A DNA stretch of 48,792 nucleotides, filler included, from Dimargaris cristalligena (GCA_003614675.1; 2 parts of 2 records of this genome joined end to end with filler, not necessarily neighbours in it), one strand, 5' to 3'. Counted from the whole stretch's first letter, positions 11,258 to 24,513 are shown. Numbers and translations: made by a program. The notes: generated by a model not told the origin, from the letters alone.

Positions 11258-14200
11258 ATGCTGGGTGAATCCTCTGCTCTTTTCCCTGAGGAAGCCACGG
11301 CCGCGGTTCCATCGTCACCCGCCCTGTTCCTAGATTCCTCCGGACCAGGTGACTACAATTCACCGCTGGCCACCACCTGTCCGCCCGATATGCTGATGGC
11401 CGATACCACTATATGCATACCCTCCGCTGCCAAAGCCCCCGCAGCACCTGAGTTCCCCCCGACCGACCCCAACGAGCCCGGGATTTTCGTTTCCGAAAAC
11501 TGCCCCTCCCCAACGAAGCCAGCCGGGACCTACTCCGATACTCTCATTGCCTCCCTTTCCGAAGAAGGCAGCCCCCCCGCCGACATGACTACCCCGACCA
11601 CTGTTAGCGGCGATATACCCTCGGCCCCAGAAATGGACCTGAGTCTGAACCTGAACCCGAGTCTGGACCTAGCCCAGGCCAAGGCAAAGGCCGACCGTCG
11701 GAAAACCTGTGACATTCGCATTCCGGAGGAGTGGGCCATGCAGTTCGATGAGCCCTCCGAAACAACCCTAGGCGGAGCCCATTTGGCTCGCTCTCCTTCC
11801 GCGCCGGAACCCGTCGAGGCGGCCCACCTGCCCAAGCCAAACCCGAACCCGGAATCCGAAGACCGGGCGATGGACCTGGGGAGTAGCACCGAGCCCAGCC
11901 CGCTGCTGGAGGACCAGGCCGATTCCGACGTATCCGTGGACGAGGGGGAAATTAGGCCGTTTAATCGTCGGAAATCCCAAGTCCGGTTTTCCCTGGCCCC
12001 CGCCACCGTGCATACATTCGGGGCCGAGACTGATGAGTCGGACCATGGCCATGGTGACGATGAAATCGACGGCAACCGCCAGACCAGTGTCCCTGGTCTT
12101 ATCGAGCATTCTACTTTCAATGAAACCGCAAACGGACATGCCAACCACGAGGTAAAGCAGTCGCCGCATGACCGCACCCCAACACCTGACCTGCTCGACC
12201 TATCTGCCACCCCACCGCCGAACTCACCACCCGCTCCCGCCCCCGCTACCACTGTTACCGACATGGTCAGTATCGCTCCACCGGTTTCGAGGGAGGATCA
12301 GCCGCCCATGGACAACCCCTCCTCCCCTATTAATACAATGATGGATGCGGACCCCACCTCCCCAGTGAATACCACCCCCGCTCCTGTTCCTGCTTCCGCT
12401 CCAGCCCCTGCCCCGGCGTCCCCTCCCTCCCCTTCCCTCCTCATACCCATCACGCCTCGTACCATACAAACCGCCATTTCCATCCCTCTACCCGAATCGC
12501 CCACCCCTCTACCCAAGGGCGAAGACGTATCCCCGGCCGGCTCCAACAAGTCCGTCAACGAGCGCGACCACTCCGAGGACGACGACCACGTTACCGAGGA
12601 CCTGCTCTACAAAACCCCCCGGAAACAGGCTCGCACCGCCTACGTGCTCAGCCCCACCTTTTCCAACGCTCTTCTCCACGCCACGCCTGAAGAACAGGCC
12701 GCCATCCATGATACCCTGTTGGGTTCAGCTAAGCGCATCGAGGCCCAGTCTACCCATTTGATACCCTACTCCACGGCCCATCCGCTATCCCACACTGCTG
12801 ACCACCCCGGTTCCGAAGCAACGTCGGCCGACTCCCAGTATGAGGAAACCCCCCTCATCTTATTCCAAACCCCGGCCCCGGCTAGAATCCGCGCCAATTT
12901 CGTTCGCCAGTTGCCCAACGACACTCTAATCTCCACTATTCTAAGCCAGGACAACAACATGGACGCCGACCCCTCCACTACCAGCAATGGAGGAGATGCC
13001 GCAATTCAAGCAGTAGCCACCCATCCGAATAATTTCTCTGACCTCTTGGCCCGTACGCCGGCCTCCAGTCGCGAGGTTGTCAGCTCACGTCCGTCCGGTC
13101 GCAGCGCCAATGCCAATGCCAATAAGTACTATCCACCCTCGTGGCTTATCCCCGTTACGCCGGCCCCGACCCTGCTGGACACTGTACGCAATGACTTTGT
13201 TTCGCCCGATAAGATCCCTAAATACAGCTACATCGAAATGGAGGAAATCAAACGCCAGTTTGGTATCAAGGTAGGCACATTGGTTGAATTGGTATATACA
13301 TAGCATTGCACAGAAAATGGGGGACCTCGAATACGGACAGGCCCACTCTTTGAGAACTTCATCCAACGCGTATATATATCCCCCCCTCCTAAAGCAACTC
13401 CTCGTTTGTAAAAACCCCGGTTATCCAATCTCCGCATCTATCGCTGCTACACTGTTGTCCAAAACCACTAGGTCCGGGTAAAAGAAGAAGCCCATCAGAA
13501 AGCCTTAGACGAAGTCAAGCAGCAGCTAGAGCACGAGCGAAGGGAAAAGTCGGAAATCAACGATGTGCTAAACGAGTACGCAGAAACCATGTCTAATTTT
13601 GTGGGTAAGTTCCTCGCTAACCGACCCGCATTACTCGCACTAGTTTTACTAATCTCCTAATACAATCCCAGCCCAAACCAGGGAGGAGGAGGGCAGTTGT
13701 TATTTCCATCTTGTACTATCCCTGGCGAGTTGGCCAAACCAATTTGTACTTATCCGATTTCCTGCCACTTCTTTTATCAAATGTATGTCTATTAGAAACA
13801 TCCCAAGCGGCTGAAAAGGAGTACAATGAGAATATGCTCCGAATGGAGTCGCAAAAGGACGTTCTCAAGGACACCATAGAGGGGATGCAGCAGACCCAGA
13901 ACCAGATGGCCCAACGGTATGAAGAACTGCAGGCCGAATCCAACAAGCAAACTCAGGTAAGGGCATGCCTTCATTATATTTATCATATCCTCCCTTTTGC
14001 TCCAAAAATGTTCTGCTTTACTCCAACTCTCAGCGCTCTCAGAAATCTCGAAAATCATGGGCTCTTGAATCTTATACATCGCAACACCCCCATCGCTAAC
14101 AATCTTTAACTTTGTTTTTCTTTTGTAACCATGTATATATATATATATATTCCAACCTGCGATATTTACCCTATTCACAGGCCAATGGCAACCTACTAAC

Positions 14201-14474
14201 GGAGATTGAAAGCCTCAAAGGGGGTCTGGCCATCGCCGAAAATAACTTTGAAGCCCTGAAGAAGCACGCCGAGGCCAAAATCGAGGAAGCCAACGCGGAA
14301 ATTGTCAAGGTTCGGTCGAGCTACGATAAGGATATATCAATTCTCCGACTCCAACTCACCAAGTCCGAGTCCAAGATAAAGACTCTAGAGGCGAACCTCG
14401 CGACCAAAACACAGGAGAATGCAGACCTAATGGGAATATGTGATGAGTTACTTGTAAAAATCGGCGACCAGTAG
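11258..14474 (+). CDS. TACC: TACC-domain (transforming acidic coiled-coil / Alp7-like) spindle protein, 4 exons, ~866 aa
   Basis: Exons 11258-13270, 13472-13604, 13796-13956, 14181-14474 (GT-AG, phases consistent). C-terminus FEALKKHAEAKIEEANAEIVKVRS...KTQENADLMGICDELLVKI is the TACC_C signature. Long acidic, Pro/Ser-rich disordered N-terminus with many S/T-P sites. Confidence 0.9.
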
Positions 14475-14775
14475 GAGGGAGGAGAGAATAGGGTTGATGG
14501 CCAGATTAACTATGCTCATGCCTTGACAAGTCTCCTGATCCAAGCTGGGCCCATTCGTTGGACAGATCCCTATCCCAGGCTAGCTACTGTAGTCCCCGTC
14601 ACTCGCATGGCCCCCGTTGTTAGTCAATTTGCCTACCGCTTACCATTGCCCCAGCATTGGAGCATGCATGGCTAATGTTTCAACACTATATCCCTACTCC
14701 TTCCCATTATATGTATCCTCAATACCCATGCTATCTACTGTCTGTAATACCTCGATGCTTCGAATTGCTTATTCA

Positions 14776-14777
<2 letters not shown>

Positions 14778-14805
<28 letters not shown>
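14778..14805. repeat. (TTA)n microsatellite
   Basis: About 9 tandem TTA units; similar (AAT)n at ~8138-8161, (TA)n at ~1970-1986 and (CT)n at ~33379-33396. Confidence 0.85.
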
Positions 14806-14806
<1 letters not shown>

Positions 14807-15664
14807 ATTTTTATTTATTTCAATACCTAATGTTCGCCCTAAGTTGCTATAACAAATGCCTCTTCGGAATAATGCGGATAATTTTAACTCAGAATGCCAT
14901 TATCTTCCTCCCATCCATCTCTTCACCCATGCTATACATTATATGTGGGTAATTCCATACCCGTTTCTCATCCACCCCGCGTGACGAATATTTACAGATA
15001 TTGATTGTGTATAAATTTACTTACTATTGTTATTTTCGTTAAAAGATTAATTGCCGGTTGAATTGTTCGATTTCATGTGGGTGGCGGGGAGATTCGGCTG
15101 CTTGGAAATAGAAACGAAAAAAAGGGCATGGCGCCGAAGGTACGTTGTAGGACAGTTCAGTCAGATAGGGAATAGGGGAAAGGGGGGTGCAGGAGAAGCA
15201 CATGGGAGAAGTTCAAACAGAATATCGAAGGAACATTTCGTTCGGTAAGCCACGGATATTATTGGTCAACAAATATACATAAAAACAGGGCTTGCCTTTT
15301 CCCTCTTTAAATAACCGACTTAAACCAATACACAGTTAGGTTGACTTTCACCCAAATAAAAGATCCTGTGCAACTTTTGAGTAGGTAAGAGCATATTTTT
15401 TTTGATAATTATAGTCACTTATAGATTTTGGCATATGTACAACAATGTGAACAATCGAGTCTTCGAGCCGGAGATTTTAACGCACAAGCTCATTCCAGTT
15501 GGTGTATTTTTTCAACACCTAGTTATTGAACTTCAGGAACACAGTCAATCATCCCCCAATCTTCTTATAAACTAACTCCTAACTCTGTCCTTTTTCACCG
15601 TTTAATTATCCCCAACGAAAACTTCTTCCGGTGACATAGCTAATAGATTGCAAAGTATTTTTGG

Positions 15665-16510
15665 ATGAATATCTTGCAAGCAAACTGTTCGGTCAAGGAT
15701 TGGGATAGATTGAAGAAATTCTTTGAAAAACGCAAAAAGAGTCAAAAGACTGCACTATTCTTCGACTACATTATGGGAGCAACTAGCAACAATGATTTGA
15801 CGAGCACGGATGGCACTGTGGAACTGAAAGACAGTACACTAGCTCAACTGGCACGGAAGGAGCCCAAAGTGGACCAGTTTGATGACAACCCCAATGGGAC
15901 TTCCAATGAAAAACCCGGCGGGGTTTTCGATGCCCTTTTCAATACTGTTTTCAAAGAGCTTAAAATTTTGGTGAGTTCTCGAATGGCTAAACTTCAACGT
16001 GAGCTCGGTACGTCTGGTACCTTCAATGAGGACACCTCCCAACCACCCGAAGTCCATAGCTTGGAGCAGGCCTGGCGCACTCAAATCAACGTGGTTACCA
16101 AGGTCCTCGCTGTTCGAGGGAGAACCAAGCTCTTAGAATCGGTGCTTAAACCCAGTGTCCTCAAATACCTCTCAGTCGACAATTTGACTACCAGCGCCCT
16201 GTGGGCCATCAAGTTTAATCACTCCGAGACAGCCACGTTGCTGTATACTCGAGCGGGAGAAATAAGCAGGGAACCCAATAAGTTCCAAGAAATTCTGGAA
16301 GGTATTAAAGAATGGACCTCGGCCCCAAGTGGTAATCGCAGGGCGTACCTGCATGAGTCAGTTGTTAGGGAATTGTTAGATGAATTCGCCAGTCCAGTTT
16401 TTACCGATTACTTCGACAGCATGGCGGACTTTAGCGATTCATTTGACGATAGCCAAGAGGATGTCCTGAAGATTATGGCCAATAAACCCAGATTTAAGAA
16501 CGTGGTTTAA
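15665..16510 (+). CDS. Uncharacterised helical protein; probably the last exon of a spliced gene with upstream exons from ~15075
   Basis: 281-codon ORF with protein-like composition; AG acceptor at ~15646 is in frame; candidate upstream donors GTAAGC (~15245) and GTAAGA (~15385). No family recognised. Confidence 0.55.
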   Translation: MNILQANCSVKDWDRLKKFFEKRKKSQKTALFFDYIMGATSNNDLTSTDGTVELKDSTLAQLARKEPKVDQFDDNPNGTSNEKPGGVFDALFNTVFKELKILVSSRMAKLQRELGTSGTFNEDTSQPPEVHSLEQAWRTQINVVTKVLAVRGRTKLLESVLKPSVLKYLSVDNLTTSALWAIKFNHSETATLLYTRAGEISREPNKFQEILEGIKEWTSAPSGNRRAYLHESVVRELLDEFASPVFTDYFDSMADFSDSFDDSQEDVLKIMANKPRFKNVV

Positions 16511-18372
16511 ACCGAGCGGTACCAAGGGTATATGTCCAACGCAGTTTCCGATTACCAGCCACTGACCACGTAGCTCTATCTAAGGCATTCGGCTGAGAAA
16601 AATATGTGCATTTGTGGCTATGGATATCCGACATATATATTTAGTTTTCTAGAATCCACTACGATATACCATGCCAGGAATACTGTATTAGTTAAATAAG
16701 CATTTGATTTTTAGTGACACCAACTTAATAACTGCGACAACTCAAGTTTAAGGATAATTAATTAACTGCAGATAATTACATGCACTGCAAACGTCAGCTG
16801 ACTATGATATATGGCGACTCATCATAATCCGCTTCATCATAGCCAGAGACCTCTTACATTTTGTTGACGCCCAATTAGACTGGGCAATACTACCCACACT
16901 TCCCATGGTTCCACCCTACACTCTGGAGATTATTTCCACCCTTTCCATCCTGGCTCTAGGATGTCTATTCTACGAGCTTGCTTCGGTGACCTGAGAATTC
17001 CCTGTGTGCCGACGGATACTATACAGAGCTCTTTCCTCTAATACTCTTAACAACTCTCTGGGCAATACATCGCTTTTCCTTGGCGTATGCATAACTCATA
17101 CTTGGTCATCTTTTACGAACTGTTCTCCCCCTATTAATTCGTTACTCTTAGCTGTATCATTCTTGTACTGGTATCCTCTTATTCCGACCAATAAATTCAT
17201 ACCGATGGTCATACCTGCTATAATGTGTTTCTATCTCACAGACTCGAATGTACCGTTTGTGTGGTTCAGCATTGCGACGACTGTATTCAATAAATTTAAA
17301 CGGGACGACCCTTGTACCATGGTGCAAATTCCTAGAAAATATTGGAATACCTTCGCTTAAGAGGAATACCTTTAAAGGATCTCAAAATAAGACTACGAAA
17401 GGCACTTTATAGATAATGACAGCGAAATTTTTCAGAAAAGGGTGAATTTACTAGGAAAAGGGATATGAGTTGCAACTATATACCTGATGAATAGCTATAG
17501 GATCTCGCTCGGCTTTATTTAGTCGAGCAGACCAAGGATAATGATATAAAACAAGTACGCACTTTACTGGAAAACGTTACAGGGTGCTATGCTATAATAC
17601 CGACTAATAATACGGCGGGGATAAGGAATATAGTGTATTGGATTTATGAATTTAGAGGTGGGAGCGGTTGATGAAAGGCGAGTCTTCACTGGTTGAATTC
17701 CCGCGCCTAGTTCCCCAAGACAGGTCGGTTTAAATCCCAGCAGACGGAGCACTGGTCCTTTAGCTGCACTCTCCACACGTAGTTGACGAATTTACAGTCT
17801 ACTACCACCATTGCCATGATTTAAAATACCAAGTACATACTTTATTCTCAAGAACTAAAAAACCGAAAAATATAACTAATAGAGTGGATTGGACTGCAAT
17901 ATGATTCGATGGAGGAAAAAACTTCTGTAGAACACGTAATTCTACGGATAGAAAAACAACCAGGGAATCAGGATATGGAAGTACCCGGCTATCACCATGT
18001 ATGATTGTATGGGCCCCAGCAGTGGTGTAAAAAAAGATGGCCGCGGGGTTTGACGGTAACAGCCACGGAATATATTTGGTTTTCCATTTCGTAGACCCAC
18101 ATACTGCACGGCATAGAATAGATATAAAATATAGAACATAGAAGGAAAATAAAAGGACGCCTCAGTAATAGAGGCGCAAACAAGCAAAGACAATACACGG
18201 TGTTCGGGAGTATAAAAGCTCGCTGAAGCGGCACAGGTGGGCCTATGGATAGATCCTAATATAGTAAAGGTATAACATATAGTCAATTCAAAATAGGAAT
18301 ATACCGGTAATCGAGTTACGCCAAATTCCGGGAGGCGGCCCACTGGCGTTATTTAGAGGAATTTCGGCTGAC

Positions 18373-18997
18373 TTAAAAGTACCGAGGGTAAGGAGTTCGC
18401 ATACCACTCGAATAGCTGGATGCCGAATAGTTGGACCCCGAATCTGTAACAAATGAGGAGGCCGAACTGGAAGTATCACTTCGGCCCGAGTTTGAATCAT
18501 ACTCATGGAGATGCATGGTCATTCGGGGTTGTTTTACGTTTGAACTTCCTTGTTGGCTGATACTTGAGAAATTGTCGGGAATTGAATGGTCGGATGGATT
18601 ATTAGTTGAGCTAAATCTCACATGATCCATAATGTAGATTCGATTCATCGAGAATCCCTTTCTTTTCTTGTAGACTCTCCCATACGGGTCGGGAGAATCA
18701 TAGGTTGCCGAGACCCGTCTGGTGGATGTGTCGATGGTTTCAATTGTAATGCAGATAATGGCGGGCGAGTTGCCATATCGGATTTTCAATCCATCTAGTG
18801 GACATTGGGTATAATGGTATATCGCTTTGGTTAATACAGCAAAAGGGTCTAGGGCCATTCACGGCAGTTATTATTGAAGAAAGCTGGCTGACAAGTTTCG
18901 TGCTAAGTGACTTACCACCGACATCGACATTATTGGAATTCCCCCACCAGTTATCTGGCTGAAGGACAAATCCATCGTACATGTCAACGTCAACCAT
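18373..18997 (-). CDS. Small uncharacterised protein A (~167 aa, 2 exons: 18997-18916, 18794-18373)
   Basis: MVDVDMYDGFVLQPDNWWGNSNNVDVG-[phase-1 GTAAGT...TAG intron]-DGLKIRY..., Ser-rich tail; paralog of the 21131-21714 gene. Confidence 0.7.
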
Positions 18998-21130
18998 TGT
19001 GTATTGTAGTTTCGGGGGCGGCAGATAAGGTGGGGACTGTAAATAGGAATTGATGGACTAGGCAGTATAACAATAGTAATAAGACCTGAGCGATACCGAA
19101 ATGGGAAAGTTATAATAAGAGCGGGAAATGACTTGAACACTGCTTTGCTACAATTAATGGCCAGGTGGGGCAGTTGGCGGTATTTAAATGTTTTGCAGAC
19201 TAGCTGGGTCTGTGACGGTCCCATTTACTTACAAGTAAATTGACTTCACTGAAAGGTCGGAAATCAAAGGGGAGAAATGCATTAAATTGATCAACAAAGT
19301 ACTGGATTATACGCCGCTAGTCAAAATCATCTGCATCTAGTCTAAAAAGCATGGGGGTTAGTCGTATGGGAGGGATGGGGATGCTCTGGGAACCTAATTT
19401 TTATGGCATAGGCTGATGTCTTTTTTTTTTAGAATAGTCCTGTGAGAATTCACCTCGGGAAGGCCTATTATTTACTGTACCCGTGGTATTTCATAAGTCC
19501 ATAACGGCATTGTAATTGATTTTGGTAAAGAAGACCTGATGGTGGTTCGTATTCATCTTACAGGGGGTGACTTTAAAGCACCCCAAGTGTTGTATACGAG
19601 CGTTGCCGTGGCCTATGTGGTTTGCGTCATACTGGCCGTTTTGGTTTTGGCCGACAACCTCCAACCATATACCCGTTGCCAGCCCTTAAGGTTAGTCTAT
19701 ATTGAATCGTGAATGAATGGCCTTTAGATGGGCACATGATCCATCAGCCCGAAAATAATCCACATACCACGCTGGTTAGCATGGGGCCCATGCTCCAAGG
19801 ACGGCGTTACCAAATCAAACTTGGGTCTGGATCCAACGGACGGTTTAATATACCCCGTTGTAATCATTGTAGAATTATTAAACCCCAACTAGCACTTTTG
19901 GTGGTATATCAGACACTGGCTAGTTTTAACGCATTAAATTGGCACTGGGTTGGGATAGCCACTGTTGAACAGCGCACGAGGCCCCGGGGTTCGTTTCCAA
20001 ATCAACAGCCGCTCGGCGAACTTGATAAAAGAAGAGAAATTGACTTGAAGCCCCATATGACAACGGTCGGCTGATACTCTAATAAGGACATATTGTTCGA
20101 ACCACTAATAGGAAATCCGGTATCCCAAGTGACAGTTCACTAAAAAATCATTTTATTTTATACCATCCTTTCGACTATTGGATTTTGGCAGAATCAGGAC
20201 ATACCCATGTTTACTAACGGCCCTTTGTTTCAGGCGGTTTCCTAAGGTCGCGTGAGACTTCTGACAACCGCTACCAGGAGTGTATTTGTGATGTAATGAT
20301 AAAAAGATGGCAGACTGGTGATAAACCGTAGAAACTGCCGAGTAGGTCTCGTCCGTGGTAACATAATGCGGTTGGATAATGATGCCATCATTCAGCGAAC
20401 CTCGGAAGTCGAAATCAGGGGGTTGTTTATCAATTGGTCCGAAACTAGTACGGTTCGGCCAACAAAGGCCCGCACTTCCCACCGATGCATACCGTACGTC
20501 GATTGGATGAACTTTTATCCCATAGGTACTAAACCGGGGCCACTTTATATTAGTATATCGTCTGGTGCAGAAGGTCATGAGAGCAAGTCCTCCTAAAAGA
20601 GATGTGGCTGCGCGGTTAACGAAGCCAAGACCTAATGATTTCCGAATGCTTCTATATGTTAGGCCACCTCCTACGGTCGTCAACCGCATTGGAAACATTT
20701 CCATCATTTTTTGTATCACCCCATACCATCAGCACAAGCCTTTTTGCCATCGTAAAACATTATGATTGTATGTTATATCTGGACAACTCCCATTCACGAC
20801 AGAATCCATATCGCTGGTACCCAATCTGATGCAGCCCGAACTCGATTTAATATTCCGTATTCGATGACAAAAACTGGAGATTTAATAAAGAGAAAAAAAT
20901 AGCTTCACCAACCAATTCACTCCGGTCAACCACTATATAAAACTCCACAAATTCACTATCAATACCCAGCCAGCAACGTCTAAGCTAGTTGGTTCCAGCC
21001 GACATACCATTTATTATCTCCAATATACTAATTGCCCATATCTCCACCACCGGGATCCGTATCGTTTAGCGTGCCGCCTTCCCTCCGCTCCCCTACACTG
21101 CCGCCACCTGACCATCCTTTGAACCTGACC

Positions 21131-21714
21131 ATGAGTGAATCGACCGATTTCCCCAGCGACTTGGTGGCATGGTGGGTCAACACCGATAATGTCGATTGCG
21201 GCGGTAAGTATTATAAAACAGACTTTGTAAGGTATTTTGACACGCTACCTCAGCGGACTGGACTGTAATACCATCTAAGTAAGTTTCTGCGCTAACCTTG
21301 GTATCCCGGATAAATATTCCTATTATTTTCCATATAGATGAAATTCGAGTTCAGTATCACAGCCGAACCACTGGGAAATTCACGGATAAGTGGGTGTTTA
21401 TTAAAAAAATCCAGCCGTTTATGCTAGAGGTTATGGTTTCTGCCTATGGGCCGGGGGCCTGCAAAGAAGCGGTTGTGCCGGCCGAGATTTTGAAAATGCA
21501 GGACATCAAAGTTATCGAAATTAAGAAAAGAGAGCAGCCCATACTGCAAACTATTGGTAAAGGCTGGTCCCGTAAATCTCCCAGAGGAGGAGGGCCCTCG
21601 AGTCCCAACCACCACAACAAGTCCGGAAATTACGGTACTTACTACTCGTATCAAGGTCACAACAGTGGCTCTTCGACTAACCCCGGGTTTTTCTCTTCAG
21701 GCTTCGGATGTTGA
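21131..21714 (+). CDS. Small uncharacterised protein B (~149 aa, 2 exons: 21131-21203, 21338-21714)
   Basis: MSESTDFPSDLVAWWVNTDNVDCG-[phase-1 GTAAGT...TAG intron]-DEIRVQY..., Gly/Ser/Tyr-rich tail; upstream TATATAAAA near 20934. Confidence 0.72.
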
Positions 21715-23287
21715 CCTTAGCAATTTTGCCTACCGCACAGGTTAGATTCAACGATTTAGTTTCGGAACATCGCCCCACCTACCTCTTCCTGGACCATCCC
21801 ACGACTTAACGATACATTTGTCTGACCGCATGCTTATTCCCCTCCCCCGGATAAAAAACCAAGGCTAGCCCCTCAATCAGTATTTCTTCGGATTTCATTT
21901 TGACGCCGTCACCAGTACCAGCCCGGTGCATTATATTGTCGGGTCGGCGGTAACATAACCACACCTCGATCTATATCCTGGAACCTCTTGACCCTGACAA
22001 TTGTCGTACTGATATTGATATATATCTATCTTTAACACCACCACCTGTTCTTTTATTTTACAATTACATTGCATGGTCCTTTTTTTTTCAATAAATCAAC
22101 ATTGCGATAGTATTTTGACTGGGAAAGTTGGCACTAGCTTATAAGGTCTTGTGGGCATAGCCCACGATGGCATCTTGATTTTATAATAAGATATCGACCA
22201 TAATTAAAATTTCGGGTGATAAATGGATATTGTTACAAATATGCATTACTAATTTGGGGGTCTCTTTTTGGTCAGTTCCGGGTGGGGATGGATTAAGGTA
22301 TTACAGTATATCAAATCTCACACATTTCTACTCGTGAGCGGTTGAGTCAATAGCTATAGCCCAGTTACATTCATAACACTCCATAATGTATCTCTAAGGA
22401 TATGTATACGCTTATATTCTGTCTTCGCTATTATTATCCCCCTGTCTGGTTTACTGCTGTGCATATGCCTCGTTCAACGATGCATTTTTTTACCATCGAC
22501 CCCATTTTCACCATACCTAAGCCCTCACTCTCCCATATATTTATAGAACAAAAATGGGTAAATATACATTGGAAACCCCTTCTTTAACAGTGCCTCTTGA
22601 CTGATTGTAAAGGCCTGGATCACACATATGAGTCCGTAAACGTGTCGGACCAAGAACCTAGACAAAGGCGCCATATTAGATTTCGGCTATGTGAAATTTA
22701 TTTGATTCAGGCGAAAAACGGAATGTTCACATAGTGGGTATTTTACTGGACCACCAACCAACTTCCACTATTACCTCAACTTTTTACTACATTGAATAGC
22801 CTGTACAACCGAGCCAATCTGCCCAAGGCATTTCGCCAACCGTCTCGTATTGTACAATTAAAGGTGTGTGACTTTATGAGTAATTATATCGAGGAATAAT
22901 ACAACACTAACCCATGAGCCAGTTGAAAACTGTCGATGAGTTGAATATACATATCTATTTGTGAATTCTGGCCCAGTGTAATATAATTTTGAGTCTCGTC
23001 GTATTGACAAACTTAGTAGAATTCCATCAAAACCGGGGAAAATAGTACGATAGATGAACCTATGTCTAGAGATGAACGACATGAGCATTTTTTACTGTAT
23101 CCTATTGTGTAGTTAATAAAATAAAATCTAGAAAATGACTATACATAACCTCATCGATCACAGGAAAGACCTAATCAAATAATAGGTCGATGAAATGGAC
23201 TAATTATCTAAACACTCGGGAAAGAGAACTTAAGTGATACGTAGAACGAGTTTTTATAAACTACCCAGTCCAGTAAAAATTAAAAAA

Positions 23288-23405
23288 AGTTGTAGCACCA
23301 ACTATTCCCAAGTGGTCACCCACCTCAGTACTAAATTGGCTGATAAGAACTTAACTTCGCAGATCTAACGGGATACGGTGCTAACTCTTACATATGGCCA
23401 CAACT
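23288..23405 (-). rRNA. 5S rRNA gene (solitary copy)
   Basis: - strand reads AGTTGTGGCCATA...CACCGTATCCCGTTAGATCTGCGAAGTTAAG...TTTAGTACTGAGGTGGGTGACCACTTGGGAATAGTTGGTGCTACAACT, followed by an oligo-T Pol III terminator. About 118 nt; terminal and internal helices pair. Confidence 0.93.
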
Positions 23406-24358
23406 AAAAAATTATGCATTTTTTGGTATTTATTAGGTAGTCAATAAATTAAACACATCGTTAGTTTGCGAGGCAGTGCTATTAATATGGCCATTTATAG
23501 TCCTGACATACAATAGCATTTGGTTTAATAATTCAGTTAGATCCCTTCAATAGATGCAACTTACGCAAGCCACCAGCTAAAACAATATGTATCTACTATA
23601 TGACAATTTTTTCAATATTGCCAATACTAACAAGAACGCATTTATCGCTATGGAGGTGGCCCAAACCTACTTATAGTTATGACAGACCAGCCAAACTATA
23701 TAATTAATCGATTCTATAACAGGGGTATATTTATACCGTAGATGGAATATTTCCTTAATTCGGCGAGTATACTGTCACGGGAAATATCATTCGATGGTGT
23801 GTAATCTCTGAACAATTGGATAAAACAGTATGTATCTAATCTAATAATACCTAGTATTAGGGAAATGGACGATAGCATACTATGCTGATGCGTACGTGTA
23901 TCGGTCGGGGACAGTACCCCTCTGGGGTTAAAAAAAAACTCCAGTTGATTGGGCAATTGCAGGTTTCGGCTGGAAGATTGAATCAAGGACCATGATATAA
24001 AGGATCTGGCAGCTAAGCGAGGCGATGAAAAGAGCAGACGGGGCAATATACCTTTCAAGTCCACTAAACGGCAAGTTACTAAGCAAAAAGAAAGGGGATG
24101 GAGTAATTAGTGAAATACCAAACGGATCATCGATTATTACAAACTAGTGGGCGATAATTAATCATCATTACAAAACGACCGGGGGACTATTCGGCCTTTA
24201 CCCTTGGCTGGAAACTTCCTGTCTCCATTTTAAGCTGACCATAGACCCATGGGATTGGCTACCGCAGAAAGACCGTCCGCGTTGAGAAACATAGAGTCGA
24301 CATCCCTGTCTGGGCCGATGGAGACGGTGACCGGCAATGATAGACATCTCCCCTTTCT

Positions 24359-24458
24359 NNNNNNNNNNNNNNNNNNNNNNNNNNNNNNNNNNNNNNNNNN
24401 NNTTAATTAATTAANNNNNNNNNNNNNNNNNNNNNNNNNNNNNNNNNNNNNNNNNNNN
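24359..24458. other. Artificial 100-bp assembly linker (N44-TTAATTAATTAA-N44)
   Basis: Symmetric N runs flank TTAATTAATTAA (24403-24414), which places stop codons in all six frames. Confidence 0.97.
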
Positions 24459-24513
24459 ATAATACTAATCGCCCCAAAGTCGAACTGTTTTAATCAGATT
24501 AGATAACAATGTA
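24459..24513 (+). repeat. 55-bp exact inverted duplicate of 27721-27775
   Basis: ATAATACTAATCGCCCCAAAGTCGAACTGTTTTAATCAGATTAGATAACAATGTA equals the reverse complement of 27721-27775. Confidence 0.95.

Noticed and set aside
20153-20719. 188-aa - strand ORF between the paralog pair
   Set aside because: No recognisable motif or clear gene structure; could be a decayed gene but cannot be supported.
24403-24414. Palindromic TTAATTAATTAA as a biological site (e.g. piggyBac TTAA target)
   Set aside because: Centred in symmetric N runs; it is a synthetic six-frame-stop spacer.
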